From contig CBDDBZ010000031.1 in NCBI GenBank assembly GCA_965225945.1, forward strand, positions 1 to 64,000: a stretch of DNA of 64,000 nucleotides, read 5' to 3'. Source of the stretch: Alphaproteobacteria bacterium. Its GTDB lineage: Bacteria; Pseudomonadota; Alphaproteobacteria; GCA-2731375. The stretch's first letter is position 1; every line of letters begins with the position of its first letter. A program made the translations under genes and the position numbers. The notes under the pieces are model-generated. The model saw only the letters and a list, made by a program, of their open reading frames with translations. It did no database searches and was not told where the DNA came from. Below, piece after piece: positions 45,501-60,000 of this stretch.

Positions 45501-45918
45501 GCTGGGCCTCCACGGGAAAGCGCGCCAGCAGCGACTGGCAGAACGAATGGATGGTCTGAATCGCCATGCCGCCGGGAGCATCCAGCACGCGACAGAATAG
45601 GCGGCGCGCCTGGTCCGGGTCATGGGTTTCGGGCGGCTGGCCGGTCAGCCGAAAGAGCGCCCGGCGCAAGCCCTCGTCCTCCATCACCGCCCATTCGCCG
45701 AGCCGCCGGTTCAGCCGATTGGCCATTTCCGCCGCCGCCGCCTTGGTGAAGGTCAGGCAGAGGATGCGCTCCGGCGGCGCGCCGGCGAGCATCAAGCGCA
45801 GAACCCGCGAGGTCAGCACATGGGTCTTGCCGGTCCCGGCCGAGGCCGAGACCCAGGTCGAGGCCTCCGGATCGCCCGCCTGGAGCTGGCGCTCGATCGA
45901 ATGGTCGGCGCTGCTCAT
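42520..45918 (-). CDS. addA: Double-strand break repair helicase/nuclease AddA
   Basis: ASAGTGKT, DEAQDT, GDPKQSIY, TVHGAKG, YVAMTRA, GQIDRL..VDYKS. Confidence 0.96.
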   Translation of the reverse strand: MSSADHSIERQLQAGDPEASTWVSASAGTGKTHVLTSRVLRLMLAGAPPERILCLTFTKAAAAEMANRLNRRLGEWAVMEDEGLRRALFRLTGQPPETHDPDQARRLFCRVLDAPGGMAIQTIHSFCQSLLARFPVEAQLAPRFDVVDERTAEELLAEARERVLAEDVARPEPLSAVLAAHVDEERYMAVMRALAGARARLTRLARSGPTLDAVMRRTRARLALAPEDDAAGVLAAASGEAAFDGANLYRVGEAMLEGGKRDRENGRRITEWLENPAARVAGIDDYMAAFLTREGEPRASLIYKQALALEPDGEEVLAAEGARLQALDDKLRAIAVAEATAALLGLGFRVIEAYEAEKRRRGLVDFEDLILATRDLLADPAAAPWVLFKLDGGIDHILIDEAQDTNPEQWEVVRRLAEEFFAGESAREVRRTVFAVGDPKQSIYGFQRADPQGFVDMAGHFAARARNVGETWHDLELVLSFRSTPAVLDLVDAVFQDASAGDGVIPAGGTARHYPHRRGQGGRVELWPPEVPLDEAPAEPWDPPVTQERVERPLARLAETLAERIRAWLDGGENLASEGRPIRAGDIMILVQRRGPFVTEVVRRLKQKQVPVAGVDRMVLVEQLAVMDLLALGRFLLLPEDDLNLAALLKSPLVGLDEEALYRAARDRGPGRGLWRTLGARRRHDPELSAAHERLRRWRAAADFTAPFELYSTVLDVEGGRRRLLERLGREADEAIDEFLALTLAHEQQHTPSLQGLLHWIEGGRGEVKRDMERARDEVRVMTVHGAKGQEAPIVILADTMRLPRSDPPLYWDHADDGSELLFWVPRRRIEPAHCGALQRAAMREREREYHRLLYVAMTRARDRLYIAGWQTRASLPEGCWYDLVQRAMAELARPARLADGAEVLRHETPQLEAVAAAAAAPIGRDGETPAAWLERPAPPEPMPPRPLAPSDAGPEGPPVEPPLGGDRGARFRRGNLLHRLLQHLSEVPVPEREAVAERLLRQASVGDAAARGELASEAIAVLHTPEFAALFGPGSRAEVPIAGLVGARIVSGQIDRLAILDEEVLIVDYKSNRPAPGTAAEVAPVYLAQLAAYRAVLQGIYPSRRVRSALLWTASPRLMEIPDDLLDRHAP

Positions 45919-48860
45919 TCACCCTCCTCCAGGCCGCTGGTCCATTCGGAGAGGCGCGCCAGGTGTCCATAGTCGGAGAAGCGGGGCGCCGCGTTGCTCC
46001 GGGGTTGGGCGCGATAGGGGGTGTCGGGGTCGTCGAAGGCGGCGACGAGACGGGCGAGGCCCTCGCGCGCGACGTTGGCCGCGTCCTCCGCGTCGATGCG
46101 GAGTTCGCGAATTTCGCCGGCCGGCTCGCCCCCGCCGAGCCGCCAGTAGGCCAGCGTCCCGATCGCCGCCGCCGGCACCTCGGCGAACCCGCCCGCCCGC
46201 GCGATCGCGGCCTCGAGCGGCAGTTGCGGGGCGAGGCCCTGGGCGACCTCCTTGGCGGTCGGCGGCATGCCGGTCTTGTAGTCCACCACGGCGAGGCGGC
46301 CGTCGGCGAGCGAATCGATCCGATCGGCCCGGGCGGTGAGCGTGAAGTCCCCGCCCGGACCGGCAATGGTCAGGCTGCCCCGGGCCTCGGCGGCGAGGGG
46401 ACGGGCACCCTCGCGATACGCCGCCTCGTGGGCAACGAACCAGCGTGCCACCCGCTCGAAGCGGGGCCACCAGAAGGCCCGGATGCCCGGCCGCGCCAAC
46501 AGCGAGCCGAAGGCCGCCCGGCCGAATTCGAGCAGGCGGGGCAGCGCGTCCGCCGGCAGTTGGTCCGGGAAGGCTCGGGTAAATTGGTCCAGGGCGTGGT
46601 GAATGACGCTGCCGCGATCGGCCGCGCCGGCCTCGGCGTCGATTCCGTCGAGGGCAACGAGGCCGAGGATGTAGCGCGCGTAGATCGCGTAAGGATCGCG
46701 CATCCAGGTCTCGATCCGGGTTGCCGAGAGGCGACGCGGACGGGCCGCGACGGGCGGGCGCGGCTCCGGTGGCGGGCTCGGCGCGTAGACGGCGGGCCGC
46801 GACAAGGCGTCGCGCCAGGCGTCCCACCGTCCGGCCGCCGCGCGATCCCACGACAGTCCGGCACCGCTCAAGATCGCGTCGAGCCGCGAGAGCCAACGGG
46901 ACGGCACGGTCTCCGTCCCCTCGATCTTTTCGGCCCGGGTCAGCACCACGCGGGGCGCGGATGCGGCCTGGACGAAATCATGTGCCGCGAGGCCGATTCG
47001 ACGCTCGGGCGACGCCAGGCCCAGCCGTGCGCGCATCGGTCGGCTGAGCCAGGGATCGATTTCTGCCTCGGGCGGCCAGACGCCTTCGTTCAAGCCGCCG
47101 AGAACGACCAGGTCGACGCTCTGTAGGCGTGCTTCCAACGGTCCCCAGATGTGCAGGCGCGGATGGCGTCCATGGGCCGGTCGGACCACCCGGCCCGCCA
47201 GCAGTTCGGCGAACATCGCCGCATAGCTCGCCGTCTCGACCGGGCGCAATCCGGCGGCGGCGGCGGCGATCTCGTGCGCGAGGTTCGCCGCCGCCTCGCC
47301 CGCCTCCCCGTCCCAGAGCACCGGCCGCCCGGTCTCGTCGTGGCTGAGGCTCTCGGCGGCGCCGACATGGGCCCGAACCAGGTCGTCGAGCGAGGCCAGG
47401 CCGGCCCTCTCGAGAGCGCGAAACGGGCGGGAGGCCTCGTCGAGCAGATCCAGCAGCGCCAGCAGCGCCGGCGCCTCGCGATCCTCGGCCACGAGGGCGC
47501 GCAATCCGGCGATCCCGGCGGCGGGCCGAGGGCCCCGGAGCGCCAGCAACTCCAGCCGGCGGGATCGGCCGCGCACGCGGGCGGGCGTCGTCCCGGCCCG
47601 GAGAAGCGGATGCTTCAGCACGGCGAGCAGGGCAATGGGCGTGAAATCGGCGGTGAGAGCCTCGGCGACCAAGCGCAGGAAGACGCCGGGCGGCGTCCGG
47701 CCGAGCGGAATTCCGGCGCTATCGTCGATCTCCACGCCCCACCGGCGCAGGATCACCACGACCCGACGCGCGAGCTCGCGATCCGGCGTCACCAGCGCAG
47801 CCGTCGCGCCCGGCCGCTCCACCGTCTCGCGCAGGCGCAACGCCACGATCTCCGCCTCTTCGCGGGGGCCGGCGCAGTCGTGACGCTCCAGGCCGTCTAG
47901 CCCAGTGGCCGAGAGGCGATCGAGCGCGCGCCAGGCCTGGCTGGTCTCGGCCGGACGCAGCGCCTCGCGCAACAGCTCGGCGCGGGCGGCCCGGGCCGGC
48001 GACGTCGTTTCCACCCATGGCCAGGGGGCGACCTCGTCCCGGGCCACGCCGAGCCGTTCCAGAAGCTGCTTCAAGCCCGCCTGATGGTGACCCTCGGGAA
48101 TTGCTTGCCAGCTCTCCTCGTCGATTTCCCGGTCCAGCCCGGGCAGCACCACCGCGCCCCGGGGGAGGTGTGCGACGACGCTCAGCAACTCCGCCGTCGC
48201 CGGAATGCTGCCGGTCGAGCCGGCGGCGACGACGGGGTCTACCGGCGGCGCCCGGCGCCAGCGCTCGGCCTCCAGCCGCAGGATCGCGTTGCGCCGGGCG
48301 AGCGCGTCCATCGCGCCCTCGGCGGCGAGCAGGTTGCGCCACGGCCGGTCGAGGATCCGGAGAAACGCCAGCGTCCGCTGCCAGTGCCGGGCGAACTCGT
48401 CCGGCACCAGGTCCGCGAGATCGTCGAGGGAACGGTCCTCGCGCTCCAGGGAGTCGAGGAGACGGGCGAGCTCGCGCCCCAGCCCGAGCGCCCGGGCGGC
48501 GTCGAGGCGGCCCATGACGGCGCTGGCGCGGACCAGCTCGCCCAACAAAAGCACGCGTCTCGTCGCCGTCGGGGCCGGCGGCAGGGCCAGCGCCTCGCCT
48601 TCGTCGCGCGCATCGAGCAGCACTTCGTCCTCGTCCGCGTCGCCGAGCGGGCGCATCGCCGGCAGCAGTATCGCGCGACCCTCGCCGAGCCGAAGGAAGG
48701 TTTCGCCGAGCGCGCGGCAGGCGCGCCGGGTCGGCAGCAACACGGTCGTGCGGGCCAGCGCCTCGCCGTCACCCGCCGCCATCGCCAGCAGGCCACGCGC
48801 CAGCGCCTCGAGGAAGGGCGCCCCCGCCGGTATGGAATGGATCCTAGGGGTTTCGGCCAT
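45915..48860 (-). CDS. addB: Double-strand break repair protein AddB
   Basis: LPTRRA, AGSTGS.PATA, PDR.LARRV, RADRID..DYKTG, PQLPLE. Confidence 0.95.
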   Translation of the reverse strand: MAETPRIHSIPAGAPFLEALARGLLAMAAGDGEALARTTVLLPTRRACRALGETFLRLGEGRAILLPAMRPLGDADEDEVLLDARDEGEALALPPAPTATRRVLLLGELVRASAVMGRLDAARALGLGRELARLLDSLEREDRSLDDLADLVPDEFARHWQRTLAFLRILDRPWRNLLAAEGAMDALARRNAILRLEAERWRRAPPVDPVVAAGSTGSIPATAELLSVVAHLPRGAVVLPGLDREIDEESWQAIPEGHHQAGLKQLLERLGVARDEVAPWPWVETTSPARAARAELLREALRPAETSQAWRALDRLSATGLDGLERHDCAGPREEAEIVALRLRETVERPGATAALVTPDRELARRVVVILRRWGVEIDDSAGIPLGRTPPGVFLRLVAEALTADFTPIALLAVLKHPLLRAGTTPARVRGRSRRLELLALRGPRPAAGIAGLRALVAEDREAPALLALLDLLDEASRPFRALERAGLASLDDLVRAHVGAAESLSHDETGRPVLWDGEAGEAAANLAHEIAAAAAGLRPVETASYAAMFAELLAGRVVRPAHGRHPRLHIWGPLEARLQSVDLVVLGGLNEGVWPPEAEIDPWLSRPMRARLGLASPERRIGLAAHDFVQAASAPRVVLTRAEKIEGTETVPSRWLSRLDAILSGAGLSWDRAAAGRWDAWRDALSRPAVYAPSPPPEPRPPVAARPRRLSATRIETWMRDPYAIYARYILGLVALDGIDAEAGAADRGSVIHHALDQFTRAFPDQLPADALPRLLEFGRAAFGSLLARPGIRAFWWPRFERVARWFVAHEAAYREGARPLAAEARGSLTIAGPGGDFTLTARADRIDSLADGRLAVVDYKTGMPPTAKEVAQGLAPQLPLEAAIARAGGFAEVPAAAIGTLAYWRLGGGEPAGEIRELRIDAEDAANVAREGLARLVAAFDDPDTPYRAQPRSNAAPRFSDYGHLARLSEWTSGLEEGE

Positions 48861-49563
48861 CGCCGGCTTCCGGGTGCGCGGCGAAGGTCTCGCGCGCCAC
48901 GGCCAAGCCCTCGGGCGTCTTCAGGTTCATCCATTCGCCGTCGTGGGCGAGGCCGAAGAGCCGGCCCGCCGCCTCCGCCCGGTCGTAGAGCCGATTGAGC
49001 GAGAAGGCGCCCTCGGGCGCGTCGACGAAGAGTTCCGGCGCCAGGATCTGCACGCCGGTGAAGACGTGCCGGGCGGTCTGCCCCGCCCCGCGTCGCGACA
49101 GACGGCCATCGGACAGCAGATGAAAATCGCCCGCGCCGTCGTAGCCGACCGCGCGCGTGATCGCATGGACGAGCAACAGCGCGTCCATGCCGTCGGGGTC
49201 GAATTCGGCGGCGAGACGGCCGAGGGCCGGTCGCGGCCCGTCCAGCCAGAGGGAGATCGCGTTGACCACGAAGAAGGGCGCCGCGCCCAGGCCTCCGAGC
49301 GCCAGGCGGACGCCACCACCGGTATCGAGTAGGGCTTCCGCCTCGTCGGAGAAGGCGACGGCCGGTACCTCGCGATTCCCGAGATGGGCCCGAAAACGGG
49401 GCCCCTGATGGTGAAGATTGACCACCGCGCGGCGGACGCCGGCCCGGGCCAAGTGGTCGAGCACGCGATCGAGCGTTGCCGTACCGCCCACCGCCAGCAG
49501 CGACTTCGGGCTCGTATCGCTCGAGGGACGCATGCGCCGGCCGCGTCCGGCGGCCAGCACCAT
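48844..49563 (-). CDS. murU: Nucleotidyltransferase (MurU-like)
   Basis: MVLAAG.G.RMRP....PK.L, LDTGGG. Upstream of addB. Exact start uncertain. Confidence 0.8.
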   Translation of the reverse strand: MVLAAGRGRRMRPSSDTSPKSLLAVGGTATLDRVLDHLARAGVRRAVVNLHHQGPRFRAHLGNREVPAVAFSDEAEALLDTGGGVRLALGGLGAAPFFVVNAISLWLDGPRPALGRLAAEFDPDGMDALLLVHAITRAVGYDGAGDFHLLSDGRLSRRGAGQTARHVFTGVQILAPELFVDAPEGAFSLNRLYDRAEAAGRLFGLAHDGEWMNLKTPEGLAVARETFAAHPEAGDGRNP

Positions 49564-49735
49564 GGCCGTCAGGGGGATCGATATGCCCTTGGCGATGAGG
49601 CGCCTCCCGGATCCGACGAATCAATACCGATCCGGACCAAGCATAGTCACGAGCGCCCCGGCGACAAAGCGCCGGGGCGGCCCAGGGCGGGCCAGGGTGG
49701 CCCAAGGCGGAAAGTGTGGCGCGCGGACGTCGCTC

Positions 49736-50137
49736 TCAGAGTTCTTCCGACGCTCGGCGGCGATAGCGCCGCTTGCGGCCGGCGATGCTCTTTACCAGGC
49801 CATTGATCGAGGCCCGCAGATCGGGATCGGTGATTTCGGAGAAGTTGTGCACCAGTTCGATCACCGAACGGTTCTTGCCGCCATGTTCCAGCGGCGGCAC
49901 TTCCATGTCGACGTCCATGCCTTCGTAAAAGTAGGCGACCTCGACATTGAGGTTGAGCGCGACCTCGTAGAGCCGCCCGGCGCTGACGCGATTGGTTCCG
50001 GCCTCGTACTTCTGCACCTGCTGATAGGAGATGGCGAGGAGGTTCGCCAAATTCTCCTGGGTCAGTCCCATTTCGGTCCGGCGTTCCCTGATCCGGCCAC
50101 CGACAAACGCGTCTACTCGCCTGGATAGTCTGTCCAT
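49736..50137 (-). CDS. XRE-family HTH transcriptional regulator
   Basis: VD..VG.RIR.RR..MGLTQE.LA..L.ISYQQVQKYE.G.NRVSAGRL. Confidence 0.9.
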   Translation of the reverse strand: MDRLSRRVDAFVGGRIRERRTEMGLTQENLANLLAISYQQVQKYEAGTNRVSAGRLYEVALNLNVEVAYFYEGMDVDMEVPPLEHGGKNRSVIELVHNFSEITDPDLRASINGLVKSIAGRKRRYRRRASEEL

Positions 50138-50463
50138 CGCTTCCCCCGCCCCGAATTTTCGGCATTTCCCCCATTCGCGCGACGACAAATGCGGGAAATG
50201 TCAACGAATTAGATCAATCCATATTTATATCACCATGGCCCCGCGCGAACCATAGTGCAAACACGAGATCGAGGTGTCCCAACATCGGCGGGAGGCCGTT
50301 GTGGCGCCTGACGCCCCGTCCCCGCGAGCCCCCATGGATAAGCGCCAACTTGCCGGCGCCTTGGAGGCTGGACCGTGATATAGTTGCGTGAGTCGTGGTG
50401 CCCAGCGTGGCGGCGAATCTTTTCGCTGCGACAGGTCCCTCGAGCGGCGAGGATGGAGAACCG

Positions 50464-51303
50464 ATGCACCGCTTCGAATCTCTCGGCGTCAGGCCGTTTC
50501 GCGCGGCGAGGGAGCAGTGTCTGATCGTGCTGGCCGTGCTCGTGCTCGCGGCTTGCGGCACGGACGACCCGGAATACTTCGAGCGTCCGGTCGAAGACCT
50601 CTACAACGTCGCCATGGACCAGTTGCAGTCCGGCGATCCGGCGGCGGCGGCGCGCAGCTTCGACGAGGTGGAACGCCAGCATCCGTACTCCGCCTGGGCG
50701 CGCCGCGCGCAGGTCATGGGCGCCTACTCCTACTATCTGACCAACGAATACGACGAGGCGATCCTGGCGGCGCAGCGCTTCATCCAGCTCCATCCGGGCA
50801 ACAAGGACGTCGCCTACGCGCAGTATCTGATCGCCACGTCCTATTACGAGCAGATTACCGACGTCGGGCGCGATCAAAAGAACACCGAACGGGCCTTGGA
50901 GGCGTTGACGGAGATCGTCAAACGCTATCCCGATTCGGAATATGCCCGCGATGCCCGCTTGAAGATCGATCTCGCGCACGACCATTTGGCCGGCAAGGAG
51001 ATGGAGATCGGTCGTTACTATTTGACCCGGCGCCAATATCCCGCGGCGATCAACCGCTTCCGCGTGGTCATCGAGGACTACCAGACGACGACGCACGCGC
51101 CGGAAGCGCTGCACCGTCTGACCGAGTCCTATCTCGCCCTCGGCGTGGTGCCGGAAGCCCAGACGGCGGCTGCGGTACTGGGGCACAATTTTCCCGGCAG
51201 CGACTGGTACGAGGACAGCTACGCCCTGCTGACCGACAAGGAACTGTCGCCGGAGCGGCACGACGAATCCTGGATCGGGCGCGTCTGGCGCGGCATCTTC
51301 TGA
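50464..51303 (+). CDS. bamD: Outer membrane protein assembly factor BamD
   Basis: Lipobox LAAC, F.EVERQHPYS.WA, GRDQ, LAGKEMEIGRYY. Precedes recN. Confidence 0.94.
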   Translation: MHRFESLGVRPFRAAREQCLIVLAVLVLAACGTDDPEYFERPVEDLYNVAMDQLQSGDPAAAARSFDEVERQHPYSAWARRAQVMGAYSYYLTNEYDEAILAAQRFIQLHPGNKDVAYAQYLIATSYYEQITDVGRDQKNTERALEALTEIVKRYPDSEYARDARLKIDLAHDHLAGKEMEIGRYYLTRRQYPAAINRFRVVIEDYQTTTHAPEALHRLTESYLALGVVPEAQTAAAVLGHNFPGSDWYEDSYALLTDKELSPERHDESWIGRVWRGIF

Positions 51304-51310
51304 AGTCTCG

Positions 51311-55071
<3,761 letters not shown>

Positions 55072-55176
55072 CCGCTAGCGATTGACCCAACCAGGCGGCG
55101 CCTTTAGATCACAAGTCACCTCGCCGCCAATCGGCGGGAAATTGGGACACTCGCCAGGACCAAGGGGAACTCGATC

Positions 55177-56580
55177 ATGGGCAGCGCCTCGAAGACCCGC
55201 GTGGAAAGCGATTCCTTCGGCCCCATCGAGGTGCCGGCGGATCGCTATTGGGGCGCCCAGACCCAACGCTCCTTGCAAAATTTCCGCATCGGCTCGGAAC
55301 GGATGCCGGCCTCGATCGTGCACGCCTTCGGGATCGTCAAGCTGGCGGCGGCGCGTGCCAACGTCAAATTCGGCGAGCTGCCGCCCAAGCTCGGCCGTGC
55401 CATCGAGCGGGCGGCCAGGGAGGTCGCCGACGGCAAGCACGACGACCACTTCCCGCTCGTCGTCTGGCAGACCGGTTCCGGCACCCAGAGCAACATGAAC
55501 GCCAACGAGGTGATATCGAACCGGGCGATCGAGCTCTCGGGCGGCGAGAGGGGCTCGAAGACGCCGATCCACCCGAACGACCATTGCAACTTGGGCCAGT
55601 CCTCGAACGACACCTTCCCGACGGTGATGCACGTCGCCGCCGTTGGCGAAATCCGCGACCATCTGCTGCCGAGCCTCGAGGCGCTGCGCCGGGCCCTCGA
55701 CGCCAAGGCCAAGGACTGGCGGCGAATCGTCAAGATCGGTCGCACCCATATGCAGGACGCGACGCCGCTAACCCTCGGGCAGGAGTTCTCCGGCTACGCG
55801 ACGCAGATGAAATACGCCGTCCAACGGGTGAAGGGGACGTTGCCCCGGCTCTATCGCCTGGCCCAGGGCGGCACCGCCGTCGGCACCGGCCTCAACGCGC
55901 GGAAGGGTTTCGACAAGGCCGTGGCGGCGGAAATCGCCTCGATCACCGGCGTGGCGTTCAAGCCGGCGGAGAACAAGTTCGAGGCGATGGCGGCGCACGA
56001 CGCGATCGTCGAGGCCTCGGGTGCGCTCAACGTGGTGGCGACGAGCCTGTTGAAGATCGCCAACGACGTCCGCCTGCTGGGCTCCGGCCCGCGTTCGGGG
56101 CTCGGCGAGCTGGCGCTGCCGGAGAACGAGCCCGGTTCCTCGATCATGCCGGGCAAGGTCAATCCGACCCAGTGCGAGGCGCTGAGCATGGTGGCGATGC
56201 AGGTGATGGGCAACCACGCCACGGTGACCTACGCCGGTGCCGGCGGCTTCCTGGAACTCAACGTCTTCAAGCCGGTGATGATCTACAACCTGTTGCAATC
56301 GATCCAACTGCTGGGTGACGGCGCCGACAGCTTCCGGCGCAACTGCGTCGAGGGGATCGAGGCGCTGAGCGACAACATCGAGGCGCTGATGGGCCGCTCG
56401 CTGATGCTGGTGACCGCGTTGACGCCGCACATCGGCTACGACGCCGCCGGCAGAATCGCCAAGCATGCGCATGCTCGCGGCATGACGCTCAAGGACGCCG
56501 CCGCCGAGCTCGGCCTGGTCGGGGCAGAGGACTTCGAGCGCTGGGTCCGGCCGGAGAGGATGATCGGGCCGAGGACGTGA
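55177..56580 (+). CDS. fumC: Fumarate hydratase class II
   Basis: [30 protein letters not shown]. Confidence 0.97.
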   Translation: MGSASKTRVESDSFGPIEVPADRYWGAQTQRSLQNFRIGSERMPASIVHAFGIVKLAAARANVKFGELPPKLGRAIERAAREVADGKHDDHFPLVVWQTGSGTQSNMNANEVISNRAIELSGGERGSKTPIHPNDHCNLGQSSNDTFPTVMHVAAVGEIRDHLLPSLEALRRALDAKAKDWRRIVKIGRTHMQDATPLTLGQEFSGYATQMKYAVQRVKGTLPRLYRLAQGGTAVGTGLNARKGFDKAVAAEIASITGVAFKPAENKFEAMAAHDAIVEASGALNVVATSLLKIANDVRLLGSGPRSGLGELALPENEPGSSIMPGKVNPTQCEALSMVAMQVMGNHATVTYAGAGGFLELNVFKPVMIYNLLQSIQLLGDGADSFRRNCVEGIEALSDNIEALMGRSLMLVTALTPHIGYDAAGRIAKHAHARGMTLKDAAAELGLVGAEDFERWVRPERMIGPRT

Positions 56581-56840
56581 GCGCTGCCACGTCGGCGGCG
56601 CCGCTGAAGCGCTCCGTCCGCCTCGCCGGCCATCCGACCAGCATCTCGCTGGAAGCGGCCTTCTGGGTCCAGCTCCGCGCCATCGCCAAGCTCGAGGGAC
56701 TGTCGCTCAACGCCCTGGTGACCCGGATCGACCGGGAACGCGGCGGCGGCCTTTCCGGCGCGGCGCGAATTTTCGTGCTCGAGTGGATCGTCGCCAACGG
56801 TGCGCCGCCGGCGCCGCAGCCTGCAGATCATCCGACCTGA
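56577..56840 (+). CDS. Ribbon-helix-helix domain protein
   Basis: KRSV.LAGH.TSISLE..FW..L. Confidence 0.85.
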   Translation: MSAATSAAPLKRSVRLAGHPTSISLEAAFWVQLRAIAKLEGLSLNALVTRIDRERGGGLSGAARIFVLEWIVANGAPPAPQPADHPT

Positions 56841-57020
56841 GCGAGCCTCAGCGCTCTTTGTCGATGGCCGCTCGCGCGGCCCGCCGGGGCCTCCCGCTCC
56901 CCCGCCCATCCACCCAGGAGCGGGAGGCCCCGGCGAGCCGCCTGACCCGGCCGGCGCGCTCGGGTGGTTTGGCCAGGGGGGCGGGGCGCACGAGACTGTC
57001 GTCCGTCGGTTGGTATAACT

Positions 57021-60000
57021 TCAGCGCGACGCCCGGACGCGGCGCGCCATCGCGCGCGCCAGCCGCTCGAGGTTGAGCGCCACGCGGGCCTCGGAGAGCG
57101 GGCCCGCGATCGCCACCTCCAGGTCCGGACCCTCGGCCCCCACGGCGGGAAGCCGAGCACGGGCGTCGAGGTCGAGCCGCCAATTCGCCACGTCGACTTC
57201 GCCTCGAAGCGTCACGGCATAGGTGTCGAGCCAGCCGGCGCTGTCGAGGGTACGGGCGATGCCGCCGGCGAGATTCCAACGCCCGGCGAGCGACAGCTCG
57301 GCGCTTTCGCCGGAGAGCGCCCGCGTCAGCGCCGCGCGGTCCGGCGGCCCTTCGTCGCGCTCGGACAATCGCGCATCGAGCCGGGCGAGGGCGAAATCCG
57401 CCACCGCGCCTTCAGAGATCTCGACCTGGAAGCCGCCGGAAAGACCCCGTGCCATGTCCCTGGGACTGGCGCCCAGCGCATCGAGGGCACCCAGAATCGT
57501 GATCCGGCCCGATACCCGGGCAGCGCCCCCGGTCGCCCCGATCAAGGCGGCGAAATCCGCCTCGGCGAGGTCGACCCGAAAGGAGGCGCCCGGCGTGCCG
57601 CGTAACAGTACCTGGCCTCGAAGGTCGAGCTGTCCACCGAAGAGGCGGCCGGCGAAGCGCTCGACCTCGACCACGCCGGGACGAACGACGAGCGCCAACC
57701 GGGGTTCGTCGACCACGATGTCGCCGATCCGAAGCCGCGCGCCTTCGAGCGTCAGACGCACATCGACGTCGGGTATCGCGGCAAATTCGAAGGGGGCGCG
57801 GGACCAAGGCGCCCCGTCCTCGTCGAGGGGCGGCCACGGTGCCGGCGCGGCCAAGACGACGTCCTCCGCCCGCAGGCGTAGCTCGACGCGATTGCGAGGC
57901 CCCTCGGTGTCGAGGCTGGCGCTTCCCTCGAGCTTCAAGCCGCCCAGTCGTAGCTTCAGCTCCTCGAACGCGAGCCGTCCCAGCGGGCCGGCGATCCGCG
58001 TCGAGAGCTCGGCGTCCCGCGCGGCCGTGGCGGCCCCCGGGGCGGCCAGTGGCGGAAAGCCCCGGTCACGGCCCAACAGCGCCGCCGGATCCTCATGGCT
58101 CAAGCGGACGGCGAGATTCAGCCGGGGCGCCGTGATCGGCTTTGCGATCCGGCCCAGAATCTCGGCTCGCCCGCCCGCCCCCTCGAGCCGCGCGTCGAGC
58201 ATCAGCGCGCGGCGATTGCCGCTGACGGTGGCGGAGCCCGCGAGCGCGCCGGCTAGCGGCGAGAGCGACCAGCCCAAGGCCGTCGCGAACTCTCCGACGT
58301 CGGCGTGCTCGGCCTCGAGGCGCAGCTCGATCGGCAGGTCGTCGCGCGCGTGGTCGATCCGACCGTCCAAGGTGGTGCGCAGTCCCAAGACCGTCACGGC
58401 GGCTTCGAAACCCACTCGCTCGAAGTCCAGTTCCAAGTCGCCCTCGACGCTGGCGCGCCCCAGTTCCTTCGCCGCCGACGCGTCGGGGATGGCGAGCCGG
58501 TGGGCGAGCTCGCTCAAATCGTCGCTCGCGGCTTGGAATCGGGCCTTCAGCTTCGGCGCCGTGGCGAAGCCGCCGGCGGTGGCGGTGAAGGCGACGCTGG
58601 CGCCCGCCAGCGCCCCGATCCGGGCGCGCCGCATCGTCATGCGCCCCTGCCTCAGGCCGACGTCGAGTTCGATCCGCTCGAGCGGCAGACCGGCGAGCGT
58701 CAGCTCGCCCACCGCGAGTTGCAGATTGGCGTCGAAGTCTTCGAGGCGCGCCAGCAACGGGCGCAGCGTGTCGGCTGGCGGTGCCCGGGCGAGCCCGGAC
58801 CTTCCGGCTATCGCGGCCGGCTGGACGTAGGAGTCCAGGTCGAGGCGGTCGAGGCTCAGAGCCGCGCCGAATACCGGCCGCTGCTGAATGAGGTAGGTAA
58901 TTTCGCCCTCCAGGCGGCTGTCGTCGAAGCGGGCGAGGATGTCGGCGAATTGCAGCAGATCGCCGTCCACCTTGGCCTCGCCGGTGAGGGAAAGGCCAGC
59001 GAGCCGGCCCGACGGTATGGCGGCGACATCGAAGCCGAGCCAATCGAGAAAGCGGGAGAGATTGTCGGAATTGAGCGCGATCCGGCCTTGCAGTCGGCCG
59101 GGCCGCTCCATCTCGCGGGCGACGCCGGTGAACTCGAAGCGGGAGCCGCCGGGGAGCAGGGTCGCGATCTTTTCAACCCGCATCACGCCTTCGGCGCAGA
59201 TCGCGCTTATCCGCGTTTGCCGCAACACACCGCCTCGGTAGGTGAGACCGCCCAGATCGAGATCGATGCGGCCGAAGAGCCTGCGTGGCGCCCAGGCAAC
59301 GGCACCCGACACCATGCGCACCGCCTCGGTCCAGTTCCACTGCGCCCGGGGCAACATGGCATCGAGGTCGATCCGATTTGCCTCCAGCGCCAGATCGAAA
59401 CGAAGCGGGCGGCCGATCACCACCGACAGCGCGCCCGAAAACCGGGCGCCGGCAAGGCTCAGGTTGATGTCGTCGAGGGCGAGCTCGCGTCCCTGGCCCT
59501 CGACCCGCGCCGTGAGCGCCAGCGGTCCATGGGGCAGCGGTGCCGGGCCTTCGCCGCCCAACGCCTCGCCCAGCCGGGCGAGGTTCGGCGCCTCCAGCGA
59601 GATCGATCCTTGCAAGCTGCGCCCGCCTTCGTGCGGGCGAAGGCTGCCGGAAAAGCCGAGCTTGGCGCCGGCACGGACGATTCCGACCCGGAGCCTGGGT
59701 ATCGCGACCGTGCCGTCTGGGCGAAGTCGGGCGACATTCAAGGTAAAATCGACCTCGATGCCATCGATCACGGCGCGGCCTCGGGCCGAGAACGGACCGT
59801 CCAGCGAGCGCGCCGTGCCCTCCCCCTCGATGTCGCCGACCGTCCAGCTCGAGTGGTCCCGAGGATCCGCCACGCGAAGCCTCCCCCCCTCGACCTCGAT
59901 GACCTGGAAAGCGGTCCCGGGCGTCAATCGGGCGAGCGGTCCGGTGGTGGCCGCCGCGGGCGGGTGGCCGGCGGCACCCAGCACCACGTCGACCTCTGGC

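Noticed and set aside
32547-45600. Long antisense ORFs (e.g. 32547-35333, 42529-45600)
   Set aside because: They are shadow frames of high-GC coding genes with no recognisable motifs.
50247-50262. LexA box upstream of bamD-recN
   Set aside because: Spacing and second half-site do not fit GAAC-N7-GAAC.
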